Assembly: GCA_964016885.1 (NCBI GenBank)
Contig: CAXHJY010001210.1
Coordinates: forward strand, 1 to 48,554
DNA length: 48,554 bases
Direction: 5' to 3'
From: Eledone cirrhosa
Taxonomy: Eukaryota
The translations under genes and the position numbers were made by a program. Below the pieces are notes generated by a model. The model saw nothing but the letters and a program-made list of their open reading frames with translations, had not been told where the DNA came from and searched no databases. Below, one piece after another: positions 12,999 through 25,729 of the stretch. Position 1 is the first letter of the stretch. Every line of letters begins with the position of its first letter.

Positions 12999-13210
12999 GG
13001 GCGCAGGATTGGCAGAATCGGTAGAGGGTCGGACGCCATGCTTAGCAGCATAGAATTATGACTTTTTATGTTCTGAGTTCAAATCCCACCGAGGTTAGCT
13101 TTGCCTTTCATCCTTACGGGCTCGATAAAATAAAGCACCAGTAATGTACTGAGGTTGATTTAATCGACTTTCCTCTCTCCGAAATTGCTGGCCTATAGTA
13201 GAAACAATTA
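12999..13210 (+). mobile_element. tRNA-derived SINE with intact head
   Basis: A box tggcagaatcgg, B box gagttcaaatc, same central domain. Confidence 0.85.
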
Positions 13211-13641
13211 TTGGTGTTATTGACAATAACAACGGTGCTATCGCCATCATCAAAGCTAGTCGCAAATTCTTGGCTCCCCTGTCCGCTTCGCTAGATTTAC
13301 TGGTCTCAGTGTTTGGTGGCATGAACACAGCGTTGCGCTAACCAATGGCAAAGGAGATGTGATGATAGCGAGACTACAGAATAAATGATAGACTACAAGC
13401 TGAGATTTAACAATAAATTTATCAACAATTATGTGTAGGAACTTTCCCCTGAGACTACAAACTCAACCAATCAGAAAGCGGATATATCTATTACTAGAAC
13501 TTAATAAGAAAAGATATGCAGAGACGTAAATGTCAGCTGGCATCACAACTGGTTGGCATGTCTTGGCCATTTTTACGCATGTCTTGAAATGTCTGAACAG
13601 CCGATTTATTCAAAAAGGAAGAAGAAGGGATCCAGAGAGAG

Positions 13642-13677
<36 letters not shown>

Positions 13678-13719
13678 TGTGTGTATGTGTGTGTCTGTGT
13701 GTGTGTGTGTGTGTGTGTG

Positions 13720-13820
<101 letters not shown>

Positions 13821-14113
13821 AGTGCGACATATCCCTGTGAATGCATAACTACACCTATGATTCTATAAGCATCTGATGAAACCACATGCCTAATCATGTA
13901 ACAAAAATATATATCATGCAATAAAGAAATTATGCTAAAGTAACTACTGTTAATTTGATAAATGAATACTTCGTCACCCATAATCACCGACTTTTAGCTG
14001 GGATAAAGTATTGACGTGAGGTGTTTTTGGATCGCTCGAAGCGGCTTATCCTCAAGATGTTATAACGTAATAACCACGTATAAGCAACTACTTATCGACT
14101 GCAATATATATAT

Positions 14114-15511
14114 ATAACGAAGGAAGTGTTGAAAGGAACCAGGTGGACCATAACGCACCAGAGTACTCAATACTTAGGGTAGTAGAGTGGGTAATAGGAA
14201 AATGTTCAAGACCCTGACGGCAGAGCTCAAGCCGTTTCGACGGTTATTTCAGGACTAAAGTAGATTTTAGCGTGGTAATAAATAGCCGAACTTTTCCATA
14301 TATAGGAAGATTGTAGTTTTCAAAAGGGTTGGTCAAAATTTCTTGTAAACGCAATTAAATCATTCATGTCAATGGGTGGGGGCGGGGTTGTGGTGGCTGA
14401 ACTTGCCTGTAGAACAATGAGGATGTGGGTGGAGCCAATCAAGCGTTGAAAGTGAATTCTATAGACCAAATGCTAAGGAGTGTGGATGAAATTAGGCTAG
14501 CTAGAAAGCAGGCCAAAAAAGAATTCTGGAGAGATCTGAGAGTGAGAAGTTATAAAATTAAAAAATTAAAAAGTTAAGAAATTGGAATAAAAAAATTAAA
14601 AGATAATAAAAAAAAAAATGATATTATTAGCTGGTATTGCGTTTTCAGCCAATGCTATATAGAATTTACTGGGGTGGGGTACTGAAGCTACAAAATCCTG
14701 ATGAGAGTGGAAGGAAGTGAGAAGAAGAGATAAAGGGAGAAAAGAAAAGAAGTACATCTACCTATGTATGCTGGGGTTTCCCCTATCTTGTTCGGCAAGT
14801 GGGGAAAAGAAGGATGTTGCAGCCATTGTCTACCCACCTGGATCATGAGAGGGTTTGAGGGTGAGGTAAGTCATACGCAATCGGTGTTTACATGCGGTTA
14901 CAAGTTCGTCTTTTTTGTTTAGGAGTTGGTCCTTCGTAAACAGCATTTGTATTGTTTCCTCCGAGCATAAGTTACGGCGTCCTCCCGTGTAGAAGTTAGC
15001 ACTGGAAAGTAAGCTCCAAGTAAGATGGTATGTGATGTTATTATCTTGGAAGTCCCAGATGTGGCCCGAAAGTGTAGTGACATGTCGCCGGGCCGGGTTT
15101 CTGAACGTATGTCGGTGTTGGTAGAGCCGGGTCTTAAAGTCACAAGCGGTTAATCCGATATAGGCTTTGTTGGAGTTTTCTGTCCTCACGTTGCATAAGT
15201 AGATCACGTTACGTTCTCGGCATCTGGTGTTGAAGGGGCACGTAGATCTAACAGTGCAGTTACACCACCTGGTCGGCTCTCCACTGATGTCCAGGTTGTT
15301 CCTTCCATAGGAGTTGAGTTTCCCACCGCCATGAAAGACTTAATTGTGTTTACAAGAAATGTTGACCAATCCTTTTGACAACTACAATCTTCCCATATAT
15401 GAAATTACCCCTTGAAACGTTCGGGTATTTATTACCACGCTAAAAATCTAATTTAGTCCAGTAATATCCGTCGAATCGCTTCAGCTCTGCCGTCGGGGTC
15501 TTGAACATTTT

Positions 15512-15515
<4 letters not shown>
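14114..15515 (-). mobile_element. Penelope-like element 2, 5'-truncated, with an inverted pseudo-LTR piece at its 5' end
   Basis: GIY-YIG fragment 14830-~15300; 15346-15515 is the diverged reverse complement of ~14194-14352; (TA)n on both flanks. Confidence 0.85.
14830..15300 (-). pseudogene. PLE GIY-YIG endonuclease domain fragment
   Basis: Translates CNCTVRSTCPFNTRCRERNVIYLCNV...AYIGLTACDFKTRLYQHRHTF...TTLSGHIW...LCSEE...LLNKKDEL; no RT present. Confidence 0.88.
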
Positions 15516-15582
<67 letters not shown>

Positions 15583-15909
15583 AGAGAGAGAGAGAGATGT
15601 GAGACAAACCACAGACCGTCCATCTCAACTGTACTTTTGAAAAGCAGAAGAACTGCGAAACCTGTAAAGGAACCAAATAAATATATATATATTTAAAAAA
15701 AAACTCCTGTTGCATTTTCAATTTCATCTTTTTTCCTAATACATTCACTCGTGTAGGACACCTCGGTTATCTTTCATTTTGTAAAAAAAACCTCAGTTTC
15801 TAATATATATATATATATATAGGAAAAGTAAATAACAGCAACAACGAGTACAGTTACGAAAGGTGTTAGGTATTAGGTTCACGCTTGAGAGTGGGGGCGG
15901 GGTTTCGAT

Positions 15910-15937
15910 GACGTTTCGGGCACAATCCCTTCATCAG
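15910..15937 (-). ncRNA. Hammerhead core without an evident stem I
   Basis: Reverse complement: CTGATGA agggattgtgccc GAAAC GTC; stem II ggg/ccc; stem III ACGT. Confidence 0.55.
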
Positions 15938-16005
15938 GAGACAGGTAAGGAAATGGGAACGAAGTCAAGAGGTTGGTCACGGCGAATGGGATCGGGGTTA
16001 TATAC

Positions 16006-16408
<403 letters not shown>

Positions 16409-16871
16409 TAATAATAATAATAATAATAAATGTGAAGACTAAAATCTAAAGAGCGCTCGATAAGGATAAATTTATATCAAATATATAAGAACCGTAGAGC
16501 AAATATTTATTAAAATAACAGTTTCATAATATCCCGATAAGGGCGAAAGCAACGATTCGCTGCTTAAACTTGAATCTGTTAGAAAGAAGATACATATGAT
16601 CAAATTAGTCCCTCGTCAGTGATTTGCCAACCATAATAAATATTTAATCGCATTAAAAATCATATACCTCAGGTTGGTGCGAGCAATAACTAAAAAAAAG
16701 GTATTGGGACAAGTAAATCGCGTAAAGCGAGACAAGTAAATAACATAGAAGGATAAAAGCAAACCGAAGATAGGAAAAAAAAACAAGCAACATGGTTATC
16801 CGGTCAGCATAAGCTGGGTGGATTTCATGAGCGATCAAGATACAGACCGTCCGAGGTGAGTGAGATGTGAG

Positions 16872-16982
<111 letters not shown>

Positions 16983-16988
16983 TGTGTG

Positions 16989-17141
<153 letters not shown>

Positions 17142-17691
17142 ATACATATATGTATTGTTTCTACACTCATAATCCCACCACGCATTTAGAAACGAATACG
17201 AGGAGGAGTGAAATGTGAAATGATACAAGTCTTATAGATACGTACGCCATTCGAAATTATTATGTGTTGACAATTTCAAGAGCAGCTGGTTAATCATTGA
17301 GCACATAATAACTTCGATAAAATGAAACAAGATAATGCCAATTGTGCAATGCAGATAAATATCATATAATCAAGACGGAAGCCGATACTTGAAGCGAAAT
17401 GATGGAGATAATAAGATGGAAACAATCCACCTGGTCAAGGAAATATAAACTAATTGTTCTACAGGATATAAGAAAAGAACGAAAGAGTAGGTTACAATAT
17501 TCATACATAAATACATAAATATATACGTACTGACATACATTCACACACAGATATATATGCCTATGTATGTCTGCGTATGTTGGCGTATGTAAATATCTAT
17601 GTCTTAGATCTTAACGATTCACACACACGTTAATTTTCATAGCGATCAAAACAAATTATCTAATGTATCGATATATATACATATATATACA

Positions 17692-17746
<55 letters not shown>

Positions 17747-17769
17747 TGTATATATATATATGTATCTAA

Positions 17770-17812
<43 letters not shown>

Positions 17813-17851
17813 CTGTATATATATATATGTATCTAAATATATATATATATG

Positions 17852-17925
<74 letters not shown>

Positions 17926-17932
17926 AATATAT

Positions 17933-18027
<95 letters not shown>

Positions 18028-18714
18028 TATCGGTGCACTATAAATAGCGATGTATGTATGAATGTATGTATAGTATATTATCTAATATACTATACATATA
18101 TATTGTATTAGTATATTATCTAATATACATATATATATTATATAGTATATTATCTAATATACTATTCATATATATATGTATATATATATATAAAAACATA
18201 TGTATATATTTCTAAATAGAGTGTTTGTATATATAAATATGTATTATAGTCTGCGTGTGTGTTTGTGCCTGCGTGTGTGTTTGTGTGTGTGTGTGCGTGT
18301 GTGTGTGGGGGGGGTGCGTGCGTGTGTGTGTGTGTGCGTGTGTGTGAGTGCATATAAATCTATGTATGTATGCAACTATGTAGCAGAGCAGAAGACAGTG
18401 TGATCGTCTGGTCGAGTGTAGATAAATTTTAGTCTATTGTCATTACATGTGTAGCGTGATTAGCACGCGACTTTACATAGCCAATGGAAGTGGAGCCAAA
18501 TATTGCTGACATAAATATCATTATTCTATCCACATTACTATATACATGTATTAGTTAGTTAATACCACTCGTATAGTAGATTACTATATACATGTATTAG
18601 TTAGTTAAACTAATACCACACGTATAAGTAGAAACTACTTAGGACGAAATATGAGAAGTTAAAATATAACTTTTAAGAATAAGTATGAATTAATATGTAT
18701 GCACAAACACACAC

Positions 18715-18766
<52 letters not shown>

Positions 18767-18776
18767 ATATGCACAT

Positions 18777-18868
<92 letters not shown>

Positions 18869-18902
18869 GTGGTTACACAACAGTTAGTTCACTTGTTCCT
18901 AT

Positions 18903-18962
18903 AACCATACACATCCCGAGCTGAAGATCCGAGAAGGTGAACCAATTGTTCTCGGTATGGTG
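18903..18962 (+). ncRNA. Minimal type I hammerhead-like motif (A15.1>C variant)
   Basis: ccgag CTGAAGA tccgagaaggt GAAC caattg TT ctcgg; stem I ccgag/ctcgg, outer pairing aaccatac/gtatggtt. Confidence 0.65.
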
Positions 18963-19055
18963 AACTATCTGTTGTGTAACCACTTCTAGCTAACTCGTCC
19001 TTTGGACTGAGTGCTCTACCACTACGGATATTACCTTCCAGTGTTCCACCACCTA

Positions 19056-19125
<70 letters not shown>

Positions 19126-19179
19126 TATTGGTAAACGGTACACCTATATATATAAATATATTGGTAAACGGTACACCTA

Positions 19180-19220
<41 letters not shown>

Positions 19221-19225
<5 letters not shown>

Positions 19226-19648
19226 TAAACGGAATAGAAAATGCTGACAAATTGTTCACAGTTGAAAAATGGTTTAATTAGGAATAAAAGAGTATTAGTG
19301 ATTGTATGGTTTAGTATTCAGTTGTGGTTTTAAGTTTTTAAGTTTTTACCGGTTGCGCATTTCTAAATGCTTTTCAAAAATAATTTTGAGATAGAGTGTC
19401 CGTGCTGTTTGCTCAGATCAAAGCAAACAACACGGACACTCTATCTCAAAATTATTTTTGAAAAGCATTTAGAAATGCGCAACCGGTACAAACTTAAAAA
19501 CTTAAAACCACAACTGAATACTAACCCATACAGTTACTAATACTCTTTTATTCCTAATTAAACCATTTTTCAACTGTGAACAATTTGTCAGCATTTTCTA
19601 TTCCGTTTACCAATATATAATAACTTGTGTGTTACACCTCTATTCTTT

Positions 19649-19730
<82 letters not shown>

Positions 19731-19925
19731 TAAACGGAATAGAAAATGCTGACAAATTTTTCACAGTTGAAAAATGGTTTAATTAGGAATAAAAGAGTAT
19801 TAGTGATTGTATGGGTTAGTATTCAGTTGTGGTTTTAAGTTTTTATGTTTTTACCGGTTGCGCATTTCTAAATGCTTTTCAAAAATAATTTTGAGATAGA
19901 GTGTCCGTGCTGTTTGCTCTGATCT
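19221..19925. repeat. ~400-bp palindrome plus a third direct arm copy
   Basis: 19221-19412 inverted at 19422-19616; third copy at 19726-19925; copies abut (TA)n. Confidence 0.92.
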
Positions 19926-20206
19926 GATTAGTTTTGGGAATTCTACCTGTTTTTATGTTTAAAAAATGGCTCCAGCGTTATTTTTGTGTTGCAAAAATGC
20001 TTGTGGTCAAAACAATTTTGATTGGTCGGTAGAGGTCATGTGAATGTAAAAAGTTGATTTTGCGCCAAGACTGTTTTTATGTTAAAATGTTAGAAAAGTG
20101 GCTCCAGCAAAAATTATGGTCAAAACAATTTTGATTGGTCGGTAGAGGTCATGTGGATAAAAAATTGGTTTTGCGCCAAGATTGAGAGATGACTCTTTCA
20201 CAACAA

Positions 20207-20266
<60 letters not shown>

Positions 20267-20335
20267 TAGTAGTAGTAAGGTGTTCGATGCTGCGACAATA
20301 GCCACCAGCGATGTGTGTCAAATGGCTATTAAGAT

Positions 20336-20373
<38 letters not shown>

Positions 20374-20666
20374 ACATACACACAGCAGAGTCATTCGAAG
20401 GTCAAAAGATATTTTTCAGCTTTTGTCTTATACGGAGAAGTGCGTGTGTGTGTGTGTGTGTGTATAAGTCTCTTTGTATGTTGATGTACGCGTGTGTATG
20501 TGTTTGTGCATACATGTGTGTGCGTGTGTGTGTGCGTGTGTGGGTGGACCAGTATTTTTTTCCCCCCTGGTAAAATGGTGTACATTATTCGATTTTTTCA
20601 GTAAAATCGGTTCTCTTAATAGAACATCAACAATCTTAACAATAAAAGGTGTGAAATGATATTCAC

Positions 20667-20711
<45 letters not shown>

Positions 20712-20889
20712 TTTCACTACATATATACATATATATATATACATATACACATACACACACATGCACATATATTTTTTTGTATTGCACCATAGAGCATGTG
20801 TGTTTACGTGTGTCATTGTGTTTATATGTGGGTAGAGATGTGTGCTGATGTAGGTATGTATGTTGACGTGTGTATGTTGTGGGTTCGTC

Positions 20890-21563
20890 TTAGGGAGAAG
20901 TGTTTAGACGGGGTCCGTATTTGTTAATGAAGTAAGATTCCTTGCTGATGCGCTGGGTGTGGGTGGCATTATCTTTAAATTTGTAGAGGGGAAAGATTCT
21001 GAAGTTGGGATGATTTTGGGCGGCGCAGGTATCAATGTGTTCACTCAGTTGTATTTTCCTGTATTCCCGTATTTTAATTTGGGATCTATGGACAGTCATG
21101 CGTTGGCGGAGGCTGTTTTTGGTCTGGCCTATGTATTGTTCTCGACAACCTGAACAAGTTAATACATATATTAAATTTTCCGATGCACATGTGAAATTGT
21201 GTTTTACTATAAAACGTTGTCCATCTTTGAAATAGAATTCCGAACCCTCTATTAGGTTGATGCAAATGCCACAGTTGGGTCTATCGCATTTTTTTACTGT
21301 GGGTTTCGTTGTTGTGGTTGGCAGTACTTTGGCATGTGTTAAGATGTTTTTCATTGACTTGGATTGTCTTTTGCTCTTTATGATATCGTGTGTTCGTAGA
21401 ATTTGGTTCATTCTATGGTCCTTTTTCAATACAGGGATGTTCTGGAGGATGGTGTCAAAGGCCTCGTTGTTGAGGGGGTTGTGTGTGGAGATGTATGGAA
21501 GAGCTTTTAGTTTTGGTTGATTTACTTTAGGGTGTCTAAGGTCCTGGGCACTGAGTTTTAGGG
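20890..21563 (-). pseudogene. PLE linker + GIY-YIG endonuclease fragment (Neptune-like), 5'-truncated at a (TA)n
   Basis: CDRPNCGIC linker; FTCASENLIYVLTCSGCREQYIGQT...LRQRMTVHR...SEH...ESYFINKY.P.LN. The listed ORF's N-terminus (21564-21714) reads through (TA)n into pseudo-LTR sequence and is probably spurious. Confidence 0.88.
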
Positions 21564-21576
21564 CATATATATATAT

Positions 21577-21830
21577 ATTGTTATACTTGGGGAGGGTCAT
21601 ATTGTTGTTATAATATTGCCAGAAGTAATAACAGAACACATTCACTGTTTGGTTTGGGTTGGTTCTCGCTTCTGTATGTTTTATATCTCCATAGTTAATT
21701 TTTTTGATAAACATTGATACAGATTTAAATATATATATATATATAGTCTATCAAAGTCCATTCGTCACGCATCTGCGACATCATCAGTGGTACTATTATG
21801 TTTCTTCCCATTGTATTTTAATGTCTACGC
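21577..21830 (-). mobile_element. Solo pseudo-LTR related to the 3' end of PLE 1
   Basis: attgttata.ttggggagggtcatatt...aataacagaacac and catctgc.acatc.tcagtgg...atgtctacgcca match 4924-5226. Confidence 0.8.
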
Positions 21831-21833
21831 CAA

Positions 21834-21971
<138 letters not shown>

Positions 21972-22089
21972 TGTGTCCTTAAAAATGCATACACACTTCA
22001 ATAGCATTCTAATAAATATTGGTTGTACAGATAATCGAAATTTGCATGCATTTTTGGAGACACCTTGTATATGTATATATATATACACC

Positions 22090-22373
<284 letters not shown>

Positions 22374-23515
22374 GGGTGGTGTGTGTACCTAGTATTAGTT
22401 TATTTGAATTTTCCTGCATAAACTCGAAATGCTCATACATGTTATCGATACAGGTCTTCATCATAATATTGGGTTCTTTTTCATCCCAATATCACAAAAA
22501 CTGTATAGTTCTGTCCGGTGAAATAAAATGGTTATTTGTTACACACCTCAGGTCTATATATTCCGTTTTCTTCCTATTGCAATGTTTCATATTTTATCAC
22601 ATTATCCCCTTTAATACGAAATCACATGAATCTACTGTTGGTGTTATGCTACAAAGTTCTTTGCTTTTAAATGTTTATATTCATCTGAAAATCTACTATT
22701 ACTAGTATGTATAAGTTCCTTTAAGTTATGTTCTAAATACCCGCTGCATAATGAGAAAATTAGTTATATTACCAAACTTTAAATTAATACACCAAACACG
22801 AGTGCAACAAGAATACGCCAAACATATTATATCGGTTCAGAAGATGAACGGTGGAAAACGAATCAGATTTCGAAGGGATTTGAAACCGGGACCACGAAGT
22901 AATGAACTAGATATTCCTTAGCATTTTAGTCTGGAATTCAACATGGCTGACAACCTGCTCCACAATTGTTCCTCCTGTTTAGACTTAATTCTCAGTTGAT
23001 ATGATAAGTTTTAACTGAATAATAGCATTTGATAAGGTGTAAGGTTTCCTGAGACACATCTGCCATTCGTTGTCGTCTGTCACAGAACGTGTTGCTTCTT
23101 TCTTAATACCCTTCAGGTTACAGACAAGCAGAAACACACTTTTTTTCTATATTTTCGATCTATTAGGAAGAAGTATTTCAACATTTTCAAAAATAAGTAT
23201 TTCAACAAACAAAACTATCCAAAACCTTTAGCATAGAATCATTTGTTTATCTTTATTTCTTTTTATTCCTTGATAGCTTCCATGTATATTGTCAAAGGCC
23301 ATTTTGATATATTATCTTGTATAAACGTCTGGCACTGGCATTTGGTCTGAATTAGTTGTGATTATTTTGGGAATGGACGTTGGCGGATAATCACGTGGTT
23401 TTCAAGCTTATCGTAAGTTATTTTTTTTACTATATTTGTTTCAATGTTTGTTATGCAACCCAAGTCAGCTTCCATTTCTTTTCTCAGCTTTGATATGCTA
23501 CAATGTGATTTTGCA

Positions 23516-23665
23516 TTTTTATTTTTATTTTTATTTTTATTTTTATTTTTATTTTTATTTTTATTTTTATTTTTATTTTTATTTTTATTTTTATTTTTAT
23601 TTTTATTTTTATTTTTATTTTTATTTTTATTTTTATTTTTATTTTTATTTTTATTTCTATTTTAT
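23516..23665. repeat. (TTTTTA)n hexanucleotide microsatellite
   Basis: Directly visible. Confidence 0.97.
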
Positions 23666-23829
23666 TCTATTTTAAATCACGTCTTCTCTCTAGTTAATGG
23701 CTGAATCATTTGTTTGTTTTATGTCATCGGGGCTGTGAGGTATTCATGGTCATAAGAAAATCCTGGCATAATGATCCTTTAGATGTAAATAAAGATCCTT
23801 TTAGATGTGTCTATACAGTCGATGGATCT

Positions 23830-23990
23830 GGTGGTGAATTGAGCAGGGTCGTTAGAACATCGAATAGAATGCTTTGTGGTATTCGTTCTGATTCTCTGCG
23901 AACCGAGTTCAAATACCGCCAAAGTCAACTTTACCTTTCAGCCACTCGAGGTCGACAAAAAAAATACCAGTCTAATACTGGAGTCGATTC
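23830..23990 (+). mobile_element. Older, diverged SINE copy
   Basis: gagttcaaataccgccaaagtcaactttacctttca...gtcgac...taccag. Confidence 0.65.
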
Positions 23991-24662
23991 TTCTTCTATA
24001 TCTCTTTCTCACTTCCATTTCCTCACTCGTCATACTTCTCTGGAAGAAATTTGCTGTATTTAGACCAAGTTTAAAAAAAGCCTAGAAAAACCGTATGTCC
24101 ATACAGCGCCCCAAAGATTCACTAAGGAGTTACGGGACTAGGCATGTATGAATATAGTCGATCAATCGGCTAACAATAGCAGCCAAATACCTCTCAAAAA
24201 TTCGTGTCTGTAAATATCCTGCAGACGGCGTGGTATAATATATATATCGTGTAGACAAAAGTATATAGCATATATATCCTGGTAGACTGTAGTATTATAA
24301 TGTAAAATATTGCAGTAGACTGTACAATACATTACCAAGCATTATAATGTAGATATCTCAAACTATTGTGTAAATTGTAAACCACACACTATAAGATATG
24401 TGTCCCGGTAAACTACAATCATATATACAGGGAAAGGGTGAAGTTTTCAAGGGCATTATCTTTGTCCGTTCCCTTGTCATTTCAATTTGGATTGCCTCGG
24501 GAACGTAACCTTATTATGTAAGAAGCTGTCTGATGAGAACACCGTACTGCGTACGCGGAATCACGTGGCCACTGTCATCATTGAAATATGAATCACATCC
24601 ATATCAATAAAGAACTTTAACATCTGAAACTACTTCGCATTTTCTTATTATATATTTATATA

Positions 24663-24702
<40 letters not shown>

Positions 24703-24887
24703 TATATATGTATACGTACAGTAATATGTATATATATACATACATGCACACATATATATATATGTACGTATGGGTTTACCGAACATTTATTATAATGTTC
24801 GGTTTGTTTGTAAACAAACAGCCCGAATTACGCCGCACAGTGTTCAGGCAACTATCGTCGCCTTTTTGTTCAACACTGACACATGAA

Positions 24888-24928
24888 CGATGTACTAGTT
24901 TCAAGCTTATTAGCTATCGTCAGCATTG
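24888..24928 (-). ncRNA. Minimal type I hammerhead ribozyme (PLE type)
   Basis: Reverse complement: caatg CTGACGA tagctaataagctt GAAA ctag TA catcg; stem II agct/agct; palindromic stem III ACTAGT; stem I atg/cat. Confidence 0.75.
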
Positions 24929-25218
24929 TATACCTTCCTGTCAGATGATTGAACGTCTGAAAGTATATACTTTCCTTATGCATATTAACGGCTGAGCAGC
25001 CTAATTTGCATATCGAGTGAGTTAGTCGGCCGGGCGCACTGAAAACGATAAATGGAAAAGAATGAAACGAAATTTCATTTCTCACTCTTAGTACGGCTGA
25101 TACCTAAATATAAGTATGTATGTATACGTACATACATATATGTATACATACATACTTACATTTATGTATCAGCCGTACTAAGAGTGAGAAATGAAATTTC
25201 GTTTCATTCCTTTCTATT

Positions 25219-25249
<31 letters not shown>

Positions 25250-25252
25250 ATA

Positions 25253-25369
<117 letters not shown>

Positions 25370-25729
25370 CCCGGTAAGCCACACACTATTGAGTAAATTT
25401 TAAAACACATGCTGTAGTGTATACATCCTGTTAAACCACATTCTACAGTGTATACTACAAAATAATGTGTATATATCCCGATAAATTACACGCTATGGTG
25501 TAAATGGTAAAGCCCATACTATAGTGTATATTGTATATGACACGCTATAGTATATATCCCCTGGTAAATTGCACACTATAGTGTAAATAGTAATTCATAT
25601 ACGATAGTGTAAATTGTATACCACACGCTATAGTGTATATCTCCCGATAGATTACACGTTATAGTGTATCTCTTCCAACAAACCACACGTTTTAGTGTAT
25701 ATCTTCCGTTAGACCACAGACAATAGTAT

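Noticed and set aside
12999-13095. tRNA gene
   Set aside because: A/B boxes belong to a SINE head; no complete cloverleaf, and the sequence continues into the SINE body
19243-19277. CTGACAA...GAAA hammerhead-like motif in the palindrome arms
   Set aside because: G8 is missing, and stems I and III do not pair
22432-22468. Minus-strand ATGATGA...GATAACATGTA relic
   Set aside because: Two core defects and a weak stem I; at best a dead relic
24530-24572. CTGATGA...GAATcacgtg motif
   Set aside because: Core altered, no UH site, no stem I
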